Below are positions 1 to 8,600 of a DNA stretch of 10,856 nucleotides, piece by piece. Within the stretch, counting starts at the first letter, position 1, and every line of letters starts with the position of its first letter. Below the pieces are notes generated by a model, which did no database searches, had not been told where the DNA came from, and worked only from the letters and a program-made list of their open reading frames with translations. A program made the position numbers and the translations under genes. The stretch covers positions 1 to 10,856 of the forward strand of contig JBDKUT010000014.1 in NCBI GenBank assembly GCA_039679545.1, in the 5' to 3' direction. This stretch comes from Thermotogota bacterium. GTDB taxonomy: Bacteria > Bipolaricaulota > Bipolaricaulia > UBA7950 > UBA9294.

Positions 1-170
1 ATCCCGTGCACCTCGCGTGCGATAACAGATCGCGAACTCATCGAGTCGTTGCATCTCCGCCCCCTCTGTGGGCGGAAGGATGATCGGCAGATAGACCACG
101 TAGTCCCCGAGCTGGCCTGACGCTGACACGACCGTCACGTACCCCTCCAAAGCTGGCGCGATGCTTGCCG
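1..170 (-). other. Open reading-frame fragment running off the window edge; possible out-of-frame 3' continuation of the beta-helix gene or a remnant of another gene
   Basis: A minus-strand frame is open from 237 to base 1 (upstream TGA at 238-240). It reads ...SAASIAPALEGYVTVVSASGQLGDYVVYLPIILPPTEGAEMQRLDEFAICYRTRGARD, which is more protein-like than the Arg-rich tail of ORF 38..595 over the same bases. It has no convincing start of its own. Confidence 0.4.
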
Positions 171-559
171 CGGAGCCCTGTTCCACTCCCGCCTTTGATG
201 ACGTTGGCTTCGATCGTGACGTTGGCCGCACCCCAGATCACGATGCACGTATCTCCAGAGCTGGCTACCTCACATCCCGCCACCGTCAGCGATGAGGCAG
301 CGACGAAGATGGCGTATTCTTCCGCATTGCCGGTGTGCCGGATCGCCATCCCGTCCAGAAGCGCTGCCTCTACGCCGTAAGCCGTCACCGTATCGCCCGA
401 AGCAGCCACGGAGATAGCTGATTGGATGGTTCGGTAGTTGCCGCTTCCGTCGGCCGCAACGCGAAGCGTCTTCGCGAATCCGGCGACCGTTCTGGCGACA
501 ACTACGATCAACACGATTGCCGGAGTCTCCGCGACTCGAGAGACCCTTCTCGTTGTCAC
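38..559 (-). pseudogene. Secreted pectinesterase-like/right-handed beta-helix protein, probably degraded (internal deletion and frameshift)
   Basis: GTG at 559 with GGAGGAGG RBS at 564-571. Signal-like segment IVLIVVVARTVAGFA, then the N-cap motif TLRVAADGSGNYRTIQSAISVAASGDTV and beta-helix-like strands (LTVAGCEV, NVTIEANVI). The expected GxYxE segment after GDTV is missing and the sequence becomes non-protein-like after ~170. Confidence 0.6.
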
Positions 560-585
560 AGCGCCTCCTCCGGACATTGGAGCAC

Positions 586-614
586 AGAATCTCATACTTC
601 CCAGCCTATGTCAA
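586..614 (-). promoter_or_regulatory. Candidate sigma70 promoter for the 38..559 gene
   Basis: Perfect TTGACA (614-609), 17-nt spacer, TG-n extension and a weak -10 GATTCT (591-586), just upstream of the RBS. Confidence 0.45.
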
Positions 615-725
615 GAGACGGGCCGACAGCTGGGGACGTTGCCGCAGTCCTTAGCCGCTCAGTGTCGCGCTGCTCCTATCCGGCGGAGTTGGGATACTTG
701 GCCTGGTGCATCAGTCGCGACGACC

Positions 726-742
726 GCGCACACCGGGTGCGC
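726..742 (-). terminator. Small GC hairpin just after the stop of 747..2102
   Basis: GCGCAC-N5-GTGCGC inverted repeat 4 nt past the TAG; no U-tract. Confidence 0.25.
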
Positions 743-746
743 TAGC

Positions 747-2102
747 CTAGGGTGTCTTCCGAATCAACACAATCGGCGTGGCCGTGAAGAACATCACGGC
801 TTGCTGCCCCGTGTGCCCAGGGAGCGAGAACGTCCAAGACGAGAGGCACGTCTTGTCCGTGAACTTGATCTCGACCTCGACGCGGCCTTCGCTATCCGTG
901 GTGTACTCACGCGACGCCCCCCCGCCCGGCTCCTGTACCTTCACTCGCGCTCCGGCAACCGGCTTCCCTTGAGCATCCACAACGCGTACTTCGTGGGTTC
1001 GCCGTATAGTTGAGTTGTTCCATCCGCCCTCGAAGTAGTCCTTGGCGAACCGCACGTCGCCGCGCCAGGCGGCTTGGGAGTTCCCGACGTAGATGTAGTC
1101 GCTCAGCCAGGTTCGCCGGAAGGTGATGCTGCCAGCATGGTTGTCTTCCACCATCCATCTCACGGTGCAGTCTACGAGTGACAGCTGCACGCGATCCATC
1201 ACGGCAAGAATGCCAACCTCGCAGTTAGCGAACTCGATTGGCTGGTCTCCGCAGAGGTTCACACTCCATCCTGTTGTCAACGTCGTGTTCTGCAGACGGA
1301 GCCGGGACACCAGTCCTTCCAGCCGCAGCTCCCGCGAGTCCCAATCTGCTTGTGGACCCGTCCGCAGCCCCTGAATCGACCCGGTGACTCCATCCAGCTT
1401 CATCTCAACGTATTGCAGCGTCGAATCCTCGACGGTGACGTCCTGATTCGGTTGCGAGATCTTGACGGCCCAGCCTCCGACCGACGTGTCATCTAGAGTC
1501 AGCCTGAATGGCGCGGCTCCGGCCACGTCGGCTCCCGGTAGCTCAAGCGTGTCGTAGTACTTCGCTTCCAGCCCTCGGAAGACGATGGGAGTGCGGGCGT
1601 CTACGTCGATCCGGATGTAGATCTCCACCGTCGAGCGGCGCAACACCAGTTGCCCACTCCCCGCAAGATGCACCCCCATGAGCGTCGAATCCTCGACGGT
1701 CGCGGAACTCTGCCCGTAGAGCCACGGATGGACGGAGTCCCCGGAGACCCCCGCAAACCGAATCCGCCCTTGATCGTATACGTGGATCTCCTTCATTTCG
1801 GGACCGCCGATCTTCGCATCGATGATCTCGAGTTCACCGTTGCCGCGCACGGAGATGGGGTAGTGGCCGTCGTACTCCTGAGGCAACTCGAGGGTAGCAT
1901 GCCGGACGATCAATCTGCCTCCGTACTCGATCTGGATCGCGCCCTCTTGAACGTACTTCACGTTCTCGATCGTCATGACCTGGCCCGACCCGATCCTCAG
2001 GTCACCCTTGTGCTGTACGACGGCCGGCTGTGCAGACGCACCGAGTCCAAACAGACAGACAGCCAGGCTCGCTGCCAGCAGCCACGTGAGTCTCTTCTTC
2101 AT
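747..2102 (-). CDS. Secreted beta-helix-like protein with C-terminal carboxypeptidase-regulatory-like (Ig/transthyretin-like) domain
   Basis: 451-aa ORF; GGGAGGT RBS ~7 nt before ATG; Sec signal MKKRLTWLLAASLAVCLFGLGASA|Q; repeated short beta-strand/turn units; C-terminal VRVVDAQGKPVAGARVKV...YTTDSEGRV pattern typical of CarboxypepD_reg-like domains. Confidence 0.85.
   Translation of the reverse strand: MKKRLTWLLAASLAVCLFGLGASAQPAVVQHKGDLRIGSGQVMTIENVKYVQEGAIQIEYGGRLIVRHATLELPQEYDGHYPISVRGNGELEIIDAKIGGPEMKEIHVYDQGRIRFAGVSGDSVHPWLYGQSSATVEDSTLMGVHLAGSGQLVLRRSTVEIYIRIDVDARTPIVFRGLEAKYYDTLELPGADVAGAAPFRLTLDDTSVGGWAVKISQPNQDVTVEDSTLQYVEMKLDGVTGSIQGLRTGPQADWDSRELRLEGLVSRLRLQNTTLTTGWSVNLCGDQPIEFANCEVGILAVMDRVQLSLVDCTVRWMVEDNHAGSITFRRTWLSDYIYVGNSQAAWRGDVRFAKDYFEGGWNNSTIRRTHEVRVVDAQGKPVAGARVKVQEPGGGASREYTTDSEGRVEVEIKFTDKTCLSSWTFSLPGHTGQQAVMFFTATPIVLIRKTP
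1417..1700. repeat. Exact 20-bp direct repeat (1417-1436 and 1681-1700) inside the CDS
   Basis: AGCGTCGAATCCTCGACGGT occurs twice, 264 bp apart; both copies encode TVEDSTL on the minus strand. Confidence 0.9.
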
Positions 2103-2384
2103 CGAACGACCTCCCGGCTCCTCCGTAGACGTCTCGTGTTCACTTCATCTCCATCGCTCGCTTGATGCCTGACTACACTAGATCAGCCTATCGCTGACGC
2201 TTGTTCCTGCCTACCCCGAAGGACCAATGCGCCGGAGTAGACGGCCTAGCCGACCCAATGAGCAAGCTGGCGCCTCACTCTTTGCCGGAGAGCACTTCCC
2301 TGAAGCCTGCTGCATCTCTAGAGGGTGCACTTGAGCTACACTTCCCGGGAGCTCGTCAATCTGGAGAGGTCGTGGAGGTGAGGG

Positions 2385-3713
2385 ATGCAGGTGCCAGTAT
2401 GGATTTCAAGATTCAGGCTCGGGAAGTCACTCGAGGACGTCGATCGAGTCCTCACGCTTCTTGTTCGCGACGCGGGAACCCGCGTGCCCTTCTACCGGGA
2501 CCTGTATACCCGAGCGGGGATCGACACTTCTTCCTTCCGCGGATCGGCGGATCTGACGACGCTGCCTCGCTCGACGAGGGATGCACTCCAGCAGCCCCCG
2601 GACCGGGATCACCTGCGCGAGGGGCGCAACCCTCGCCAATGCGCACGGACGAGCACGAGCGGTTCCACCGGCCAGCCGCTCACAATCTACCTCAGCCGGC
2701 CGGAGCTCTACTTCCGTCGCTTGAGTGTTCTGACGGGCCTCCGACGCTACGCTCCGCTTCGCTTCCCGTTGCGTATTGCCGACGTGGGTTCCATGGTTCC
2801 CCACAGCGCCAAGAGCGTCGAGCAGAGCCTGGGGGTCGTCCGCATCCTTCGCATCCCCGGAAATGCTCCGCTTGCGGAGCAGTGCACGGCGCTACTGCGC
2901 TATCAGCCGACTCTCCTCGAGGGGTATCCGACGTGCCTAGGCCTTCTGGCTGAGAGCCTCTCGGAGAGCGAGTCGAAGCTCGTCCGCCCCGCGCTTGTTG
3001 CGTGCCGTAGCGAGCGGCTGCGCGAAGACACCCGCGAGATCCTCACTCGGACGTTCCGTGCCCCCGTGGCAAATCTGTACAGCTGCGAAGAAGTCGGGAA
3101 CCTCGCCTGGGAGTGCCCCGACCACAGCGGCCGCTTCCACCTGAACCGGGACACGTGCGTGCTCGAGGTCGTGGATGGCGCCGGGAGTCCCACCGCGGAG
3201 GATGGGAACGTCGTCGTGACCAACCTCTACAACCGCACCATGCCGTTCCTTCGGTATCACCTCAACGATCGAGGACGCCTAGTCGGCGACGAGGACAGTG
3301 TCTGCTCTTGCGGGGCGGCCGGAGCTTCGCTTGAGGGATTGACCGGCAGCGAGGACGACTTCATCTCGTTTCCCGATGGCCGCCTCCTCGCGCCTTTCGT
3401 CCTTCCGAACGCCCTCTTCAACGCTCTCCGCGCTCCCGATGACCCGCATCAGCTGAGCCCCTCGGTCCATCGCTACCAGATCATCCAGGAGGAAGACTAC
3501 TCCCTCCGCGTGATTCTTGACTGGCGAGGAACCATCGACGACGCCCTGTGGCGGCAGATCACATCCGAGGTGAATCAGGCGTGCGAGGGCCTCGCCTGCA
3601 CGGTGGAGAGGACGGCGGCGTTCGAGCTAACGCCGGCGGGCAAGTTCAAGGAGGTTCTGTCTCGGGTGCCCGGCGCCGCCAGCCTGAGGCGCCCTCCTAC
3701 CAGCGCAGCGTGA
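2385..3713 (+). CDS. Phenylacetate-CoA ligase family (PaaK/CapK-like) adenylate-forming enzyme
   Basis: 442 aa; GGAGGTG RBS; N-terminal VPFYRDLY...DLTTLP, P-loop TSGSTGQP (~2655), GYPT, YSCEEVG, VTNLYNRTMPFLRY, CSCG, and the C-terminal TPAGKFK lysine (3642-3644). Confidence 0.9.
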   Translation: MQVPVWISRFRLGKSLEDVDRVLTLLVRDAGTRVPFYRDLYTRAGIDTSSFRGSADLTTLPRSTRDALQQPPDRDHLREGRNPRQCARTSTSGSTGQPLTIYLSRPELYFRRLSVLTGLRRYAPLRFPLRIADVGSMVPHSAKSVEQSLGVVRILRIPGNAPLAEQCTALLRYQPTLLEGYPTCLGLLAESLSESESKLVRPALVACRSERLREDTREILTRTFRAPVANLYSCEEVGNLAWECPDHSGRFHLNRDTCVLEVVDGAGSPTAEDGNVVVTNLYNRTMPFLRYHLNDRGRLVGDEDSVCSCGAAGASLEGLTGSEDDFISFPDGRLLAPFVLPNALFNALRAPDDPHQLSPSVHRYQIIQEEDYSLRVILDWRGTIDDALWRQITSEVNQACEGLACTVERTAAFELTPAGKFKEVLSRVPGAASLRRPPTSAA

Positions 3714-4947
3714 GCCCTGCGCCAAGGCAATCGACTCCGGCCGCCGTCAGCACAAGCTCGACGGACAGGTCGATTGCTGTGCCCAATCCCACGCAGGCCT
3801 TGACCGCACTCATCGCCCAGGCGAAGGCACCGGCCGCCTCACCGCCGAAGTACGTGTTCGCGAGCACTCGGTTCACTCCCCCACCGCCGCCGGTCCAGAT
3901 CGACTCGACCGAGAGAAGCTCCCAGTAGCCAACGTAGTACTCGTCTCCGTTCTCGACCGCGTCCTCGATCGACTCGATGACGCTCCCGTATTCCTCCGTC
4001 GTGATCGCGAACCGCCCAAGATCAAGCACGGTGAGATTCCTGACCGTGATCCCATCCCAGGTCGAGACGAGCGCAACGCCACCGAGGCCGATCCCTGCAA
4101 TCTCCCACTCCTGAGCTTCGAAGTAGACTGCGAGGTGCGGCTCCGCACGGAGAAGCCCTTCACCGACCGCAACGCTCGGCGTCACAGCGACGCTCTTTGC
4201 CATGACGTCGTAGGCGAACGCGATGTCCATCTCGATCCGGCCGATCCCGAGGTCGACATCCTCGACCTTCGCAGCGAAGAACTCCAACCCGTCAGCCGTG
4301 ACGTAGGCGACCGCCTTGACGCTTTCCATCCAGCCGAAACCAAGTCCGCCCACGGACAGCTTTCCACCCGTGAGCCCCTGCCCGGGGACGACCGGATCGG
4401 TCGCGTAGTGGCGGTGAAGGCCGGTGGCGCCGTGAACGATGTCGACCCCGCGGAACTCCTCATCCTCGATCCGCGCGCCGAACTCGGTGGTCGAGACGAT
4501 CTCGAATCCGCCTACCTGCCAGGCAAGACGCACGGCGACGCCGTCCGCCGGCCCGCCAAGGACGGCGCCGCCCAGCACCGCGTAGAAGAACCCGACGTCG
4601 ACCCCGGCGAGTCGCAGCCCCACGATCGCCTGAGCGTACAGAAAGTCGGTCGTGGACGGCCCGAACAGCGCGTCACCCTCCACTTCGAACGCACCAACCG
4701 GCCCCTGCACTCCGAACTCCTGCCACAGGTAGCCCACGCCGAGCCGGAACTCCGAGCCGCTCGTCCAGAGAATCGGTCCGGTCGCGTAGCCAAGACCCAG
4801 CGTCGATTCGACGCCTCCGAGACGTGCGACGTTCGGGTCGAACGTGACTCCCGCCGTCCACTCCGCTGACAGCAGCTCCACGGCGAACCCAGAGAGCACG
4901 AAGAGCGCCAGAGTAACGGGCAGCACCCCGATCGTCCGTCTGACCAT
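3697..4947 (-). CDS. Putative outer-membrane beta-barrel / cell-surface protein (416 aa)
   Basis: Start moved to ATG 4947, with an AGGTGA RBS overlapping the upstream gene's TAG. Signal peptide MVRRTIGVLPVTLALFVLSGFA; Gly/aromatic-rich alternating beta-strands; C-terminal GAGLTLRW with a terminal aromatic residue. Confidence 0.75.
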   Translation of the reverse strand: MVRRTIGVLPVTLALFVLSGFAVELLSAEWTAGVTFDPNVARLGGVESTLGLGYATGPILWTSGSEFRLGVGYLWQEFGVQGPVGAFEVEGDALFGPSTTDFLYAQAIVGLRLAGVDVGFFYAVLGGAVLGGPADGVAVRLAWQVGGFEIVSTTEFGARIEDEEFRGVDIVHGATGLHRHYATDPVVPGQGLTGGKLSVGGLGFGWMESVKAVAYVTADGLEFFAAKVEDVDLGIGRIEMDIAFAYDVMAKSVAVTPSVAVGEGLLRAEPHLAVYFEAQEWEIAGIGLGGVALVSTWDGITVRNLTVLDLGRFAITTEEYGSVIESIEDAVENGDEYYVGYWELLSVESIWTGGGGGVNRVLANTYFGGEAAGAFAWAMSAVKACVGLGTAIDLSVELVLTAAGVDCLGAGLTLRW

Positions 4948-4958
4948 CCGTCGCTCAC

Positions 4959-5522
4959 CTACCGTGCGATGTACACGGCGTCCGCCGCCGTCTTCAGGAC
5001 CCACGTCGCCAAGAACTCGTCGTCGCTGCTCACGAGCCTCACCGACGCTTTCGTTACAGCAAACGTCGGGTTGTCTCCGGTCACCGTAAACGTGAATCGC
5101 AGGATGTCGCCGCTCATCACGCCGTCCGATCCGTTTGCGGCAATCACAGCACCACCGGAAACCCTGAACGCCTCGGCAAGGACGACGAACCCGTTCTGCC
5201 CCTCGACCTCAACCGACGCGGGGTCGATGTCGTTGAGAGCAATCGCCTCACTGCCCATCTCGCCGAACTGGACCGCCGCCAACCCGCCCGCCGGCATGGC
5301 AACAATTGACACGAGAACGTACCCGTTGTTCCCGCTCACCTGCACGTCGCCGACGTAGAGCGTCGGGAGGCCGGCAGGTGTCGTAAAGAGTCCGCACGCC
5401 ACGAGGCCGATCGCGACGGCCGCACCACGGGACCCGGTCGCTAGGAGGCAAGCACTCCGCCTTCTCGAACCGAGTCGAGAACGACATCCTTTCGTTTCGC
5501 GACCCACGTCCGTGGCATGCAT
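4959..5522 (-). CDS. Lipoprotein with cohesin-like beta-sandwich domain
   Basis: Lipobox L-V-A-C (Cys codon 5396-5394) after a basic and a hydrophobic segment. The mature part (VLVSIVAMPAGGLAAVQF...IDPASVEV...SGDILRFTFTV) resembles the cohesin-type fold pattern. Start codon uncertain; the fold call is an inference. Confidence 0.7.
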   Translation of the reverse strand: MHATDVGRETKGCRSRLGSRRRSACLLATGSRGAAVAIGLVACGLFTTPAGLPTLYVGDVQVSGNNGYVLVSIVAMPAGGLAAVQFGEMGSEAIALNDIDPASVEVEGQNGFVVLAEAFRVSGGAVIAANGSDGVMSGDILRFTFTVTGDNPTFAVTKASVRLVSSDDEFLATWVLKTAADAVYIAR

Positions 5523-5530
5523 GTACCTCT

Positions 5531-5558
5531 ATTATATGACAGGGTGGGTGCCCTTCAA
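5531..5558 (-). promoter_or_regulatory. Sigma70-type promoter for the lipoprotein/beta-barrel operon
   Basis: TTGAAG (5558-5553), 16-nt spacer, perfect TATAAT (5536-5531) in an otherwise very GC-rich background. Confidence 0.75.
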
Positions 5559-5617
5559 TGCCCCCGCTGGTCGTGTACTCCTGGACGGAACGGTCCGCAG
5601 CCTTCCCTGGGCGCCGA

Positions 5618-5633
5618 CCGGCGGGCGCGCCGG
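5618..5633 (-). terminator. GC hairpin downstream of the fused permease stop
   Basis: CCGGCG-N4-CGCCGG stem 4 nt after the TGA at 5640-5638; no U-tract. Confidence 0.25.
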
Positions 5634-5637
5634 GCGG

Positions 5638-8600
5638 TCAGTAGTCGCGCTCGCTCCCCATGATCATCAGTCCGAGCGCCGTGGCTTGTCCGGCCCGCCT
5701 GAGAACGCCGGCCTCGACGGCCGACGACGGGTCATCGGGAGAAGTGGCTTCGCGCCATCGCTCGCAGGAAAGCGTTGCCTCCGGCGTCCTTTCCCCCGCC
5801 TCCGCGGCCGTCTTGCCGGACAGCGCCGAGCGCAGATCGATGGCGGTCTCCGAAACCACCATCCGCGCCCCTGTCCGCGACGCGGCCGACCGAAAGAGGT
5901 TCGACAGGCGCATCCCGCCCGACGTCTCCACGGCAAGGCGCGACGTGGCACCATGCCCGAGCGCTCGCAGTCGCACAACGGCCTCAACCGTGTAACGACC
6001 GGACGGGAAGGTCGACTTCTTCAGGAACTCCTCGGCGCTCGGTTCGCCACGGAACTCCCCGCCGTTCCACCCCACCCCGCTGTAGGCGACGAGCAAGAAA
6101 CTGCGGTTCGGGGCATACTCGGATTCCGTGAGGAGGCGGGCGATCTCGAGAAGGACCGCCACGCCACTCGCGTTGTCGTTCGCGCCCTCGCTCTTTGCCG
6201 ACCCCGGCCGGGCCGGCCAGGTGTCGTACTGGGCGAGCACGGCGATGACTTGGTTGTCGAGCTGGTCGCCCTGCGCGCCGCGTGTTCCGGGAACCCAGCC
6301 GATGACGTGGCGCACCGGAGTGTCCCTTCGCAGCTCTCCTTGAGCACGAAGCGAGGCTCGTCGCGGAAGCACGAACGTCAGCGGGTTCCGTGCGTCCACC
6401 TCCGGAACCTCTGCCCGCAACTCGGCCACGGTCCGACCCGAGCCGGCGAGGATCCGATCGGCCGTCGCTTCGGAGATCCAGAACGTGACTCGGTCAATCG
6501 GCGTCGATGCGGTTGTACCGCCCGCCAATGCCCAGTCGGCGCGGCTTTCTGGTGAGAGCACGGATCGTTCCTTCAGAGCAGCCTCTTCATCCGCGACCAC
6601 GAGCATCCCCGCACACGGCCTCCCCGCTAGGAGTTCCGCGTCCGCCGCAGATAGGACGAGGAGGACTTCGTGCGAGAGATCGACCCGTTTGAACCGGCTG
6701 ACGTCGATCTCGCCGTACGTGGGCCGCTCTCCGAACGAGACGAAGCGAATCTCGCCTTTCGCGTCCCCGGCACATCGGAAGCGATTCGCGTACTCCGCGA
6801 AGTCGACCCCATAGCGCAACACAGGTCCCTCGTCGTCGAGCGTGAGGACCGGCGCCTCCGTCAGCTTTTCGAACCCGCCCGTGCTCGAGACGAAGTATCC
6901 GCCGTCCTCGCCGATCGCCTGAAGCGATAGGCGCCCAAACTCCGCCGCGATGTAGTCGGCCGCCGCCTCGGCGCCTGTGGAGCCGAGCTCCCGCCCGCCG
7001 AGCCCCGCCGTCAACGCGGCGACATGCGCTACGGCCCGCTCGCCGTCGAACAGGGTTGCGTCCCGTCGATAGATACCCGCCGGCCCCAGGCTCCCCGAAA
7101 TGGAGTAGAAGAGCACTCCGACCGCCACGGCGCCGGTGAACGTGTAGCGGTTGAACACGCGCCGCAACGAGAAACTCCCCCGCTCGATCTCGCGCCGGAT
7201 TCCCTCGCCCAGGAGGTAGAAGCCGAACGAAGAGACAAAGATCGCGAGCGAGGGATAGATGCCGAGCCACGGGTGAGCTCTGGCCGACTGACGGAACGTC
7301 GCCAAGAGGGCGCCCCACTCGGGGACGTCGGAGTAGTGAAGCGGTGGAGAAAACATCTCCATCTCCGCATACGCACCCCCGCCGAGGAAGATCCCGAGGA
7401 ACCCCAACTCGCCGAGCGCCACGAGAACAGCCGAGAACTCCACCGCGAGGAGCGCCACGAGGGACGGCGCCATGTGCGGAAGCAGGTGCGCGGCCACCAG
7501 GCGCGGTGTTCTCATTCCCACGGCCCGAGCGCTTTCCACAAAGGGCCGCGACTTCAGGCCGATCATCTCCGCGCGCACAAAGAGCGCGAGCTCTCCCCAG
7601 CCGATCACGCACAGGCCAATCGCGAAGGGCAGGACTCCTTGCCGAATGCCGACCGCAAGGATGACAAGCATCGCGAGGAGAAGCGCCGGGAAGGGCGTGA
7701 TGACTTGAGCCAGTCCGACAATCGTTCGGTCCAGAACCGACCCGCGCCGCCAGCCGGCGATCGCGCCGAGAAGCACTCCCATTGCCATTCGGGCCGCGAC
7801 GGCCACGGCGGCCAAGAGCAGAGTCTGCTGCGCGCCCGCCAGCACGAGGCTCAAGAGGTCGCGTCCGAGGGCGTCGGTGCCCCACGGGAACTTCGCGCTG
7901 GGCGCGAACGGGGGACCCATGTAGGTTCCGCCGACCTTCTCGAGGCCACGGGTGAGGTACGGATTGTGCGGCGCCAAGTCCGCTCCGAAGAAGACCACAA
8001 CGAGGACACCGACACACAGCAACCCGCCGACAAGAAGCGGGAGGTTGACGCGGATGCGCGCGCGGCGGAGGCTCCGGGTCCGTTCCGCTTGAGGAACACG
8101 AACATGGGGCACCCTGGCCCGTCGCTTCGCGGCTCGAACCAGGTACGCCAGCCATTCGCGGGGAAGCCGGACAAGCGACCGCACACCATCGACGAGGGCG
8201 GAGATCGCGTCGCGCAGCGACGCCCTCGGCTCCTCGAGTTCGAGCGCCGCCTTGCCAAGGCGTGGGTCGAGGAGCGGATACGAGAGCTCAAGGAGCATCT
8301 GGACCGCCAGAAAGACGAGGGCCAGTGAGAGCAAGAGCGCGACGGTCAGGTTGTCGTCCTGGTTCGAGATGGCCCGCAAGAGCGTGTACCCGGCGCCCGA
8401 CCAGCCGAAGTAGACCTCGACAACCGGCAGGCTCGCCAAGGCGAAGCGAAGCGAGACGGCGGCCGTCGTCAGGATCGGCATCACGGCGTTCCGGGCCACG
8501 TGCCGAGACAAGACTTTGCGGAACGGGACCCCTTTTCCATGAGCGGTTCGCACGTAGTCCTGCTCCAGGATCTCTCGGACCTTGATGAACGTGATCCGCG

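Noticed and set aside
1417..1700. Palindromic 20-bp repeat as a CRISPR or REP element
   Set aside because: Only two copies, 264 bp apart, in frame inside a CDS; no cas genes.
2201..2953. 250-aa ORF overlapping the ligase
   Set aside because: Off-frame shadow ORF with no recognisable motifs.
4948..5004. Upstream start for the beta-barrel ORF at 5004
   Set aside because: Overlaps the lipoprotein gene; ATG 4947 has an RBS and directly precedes the signal peptide.
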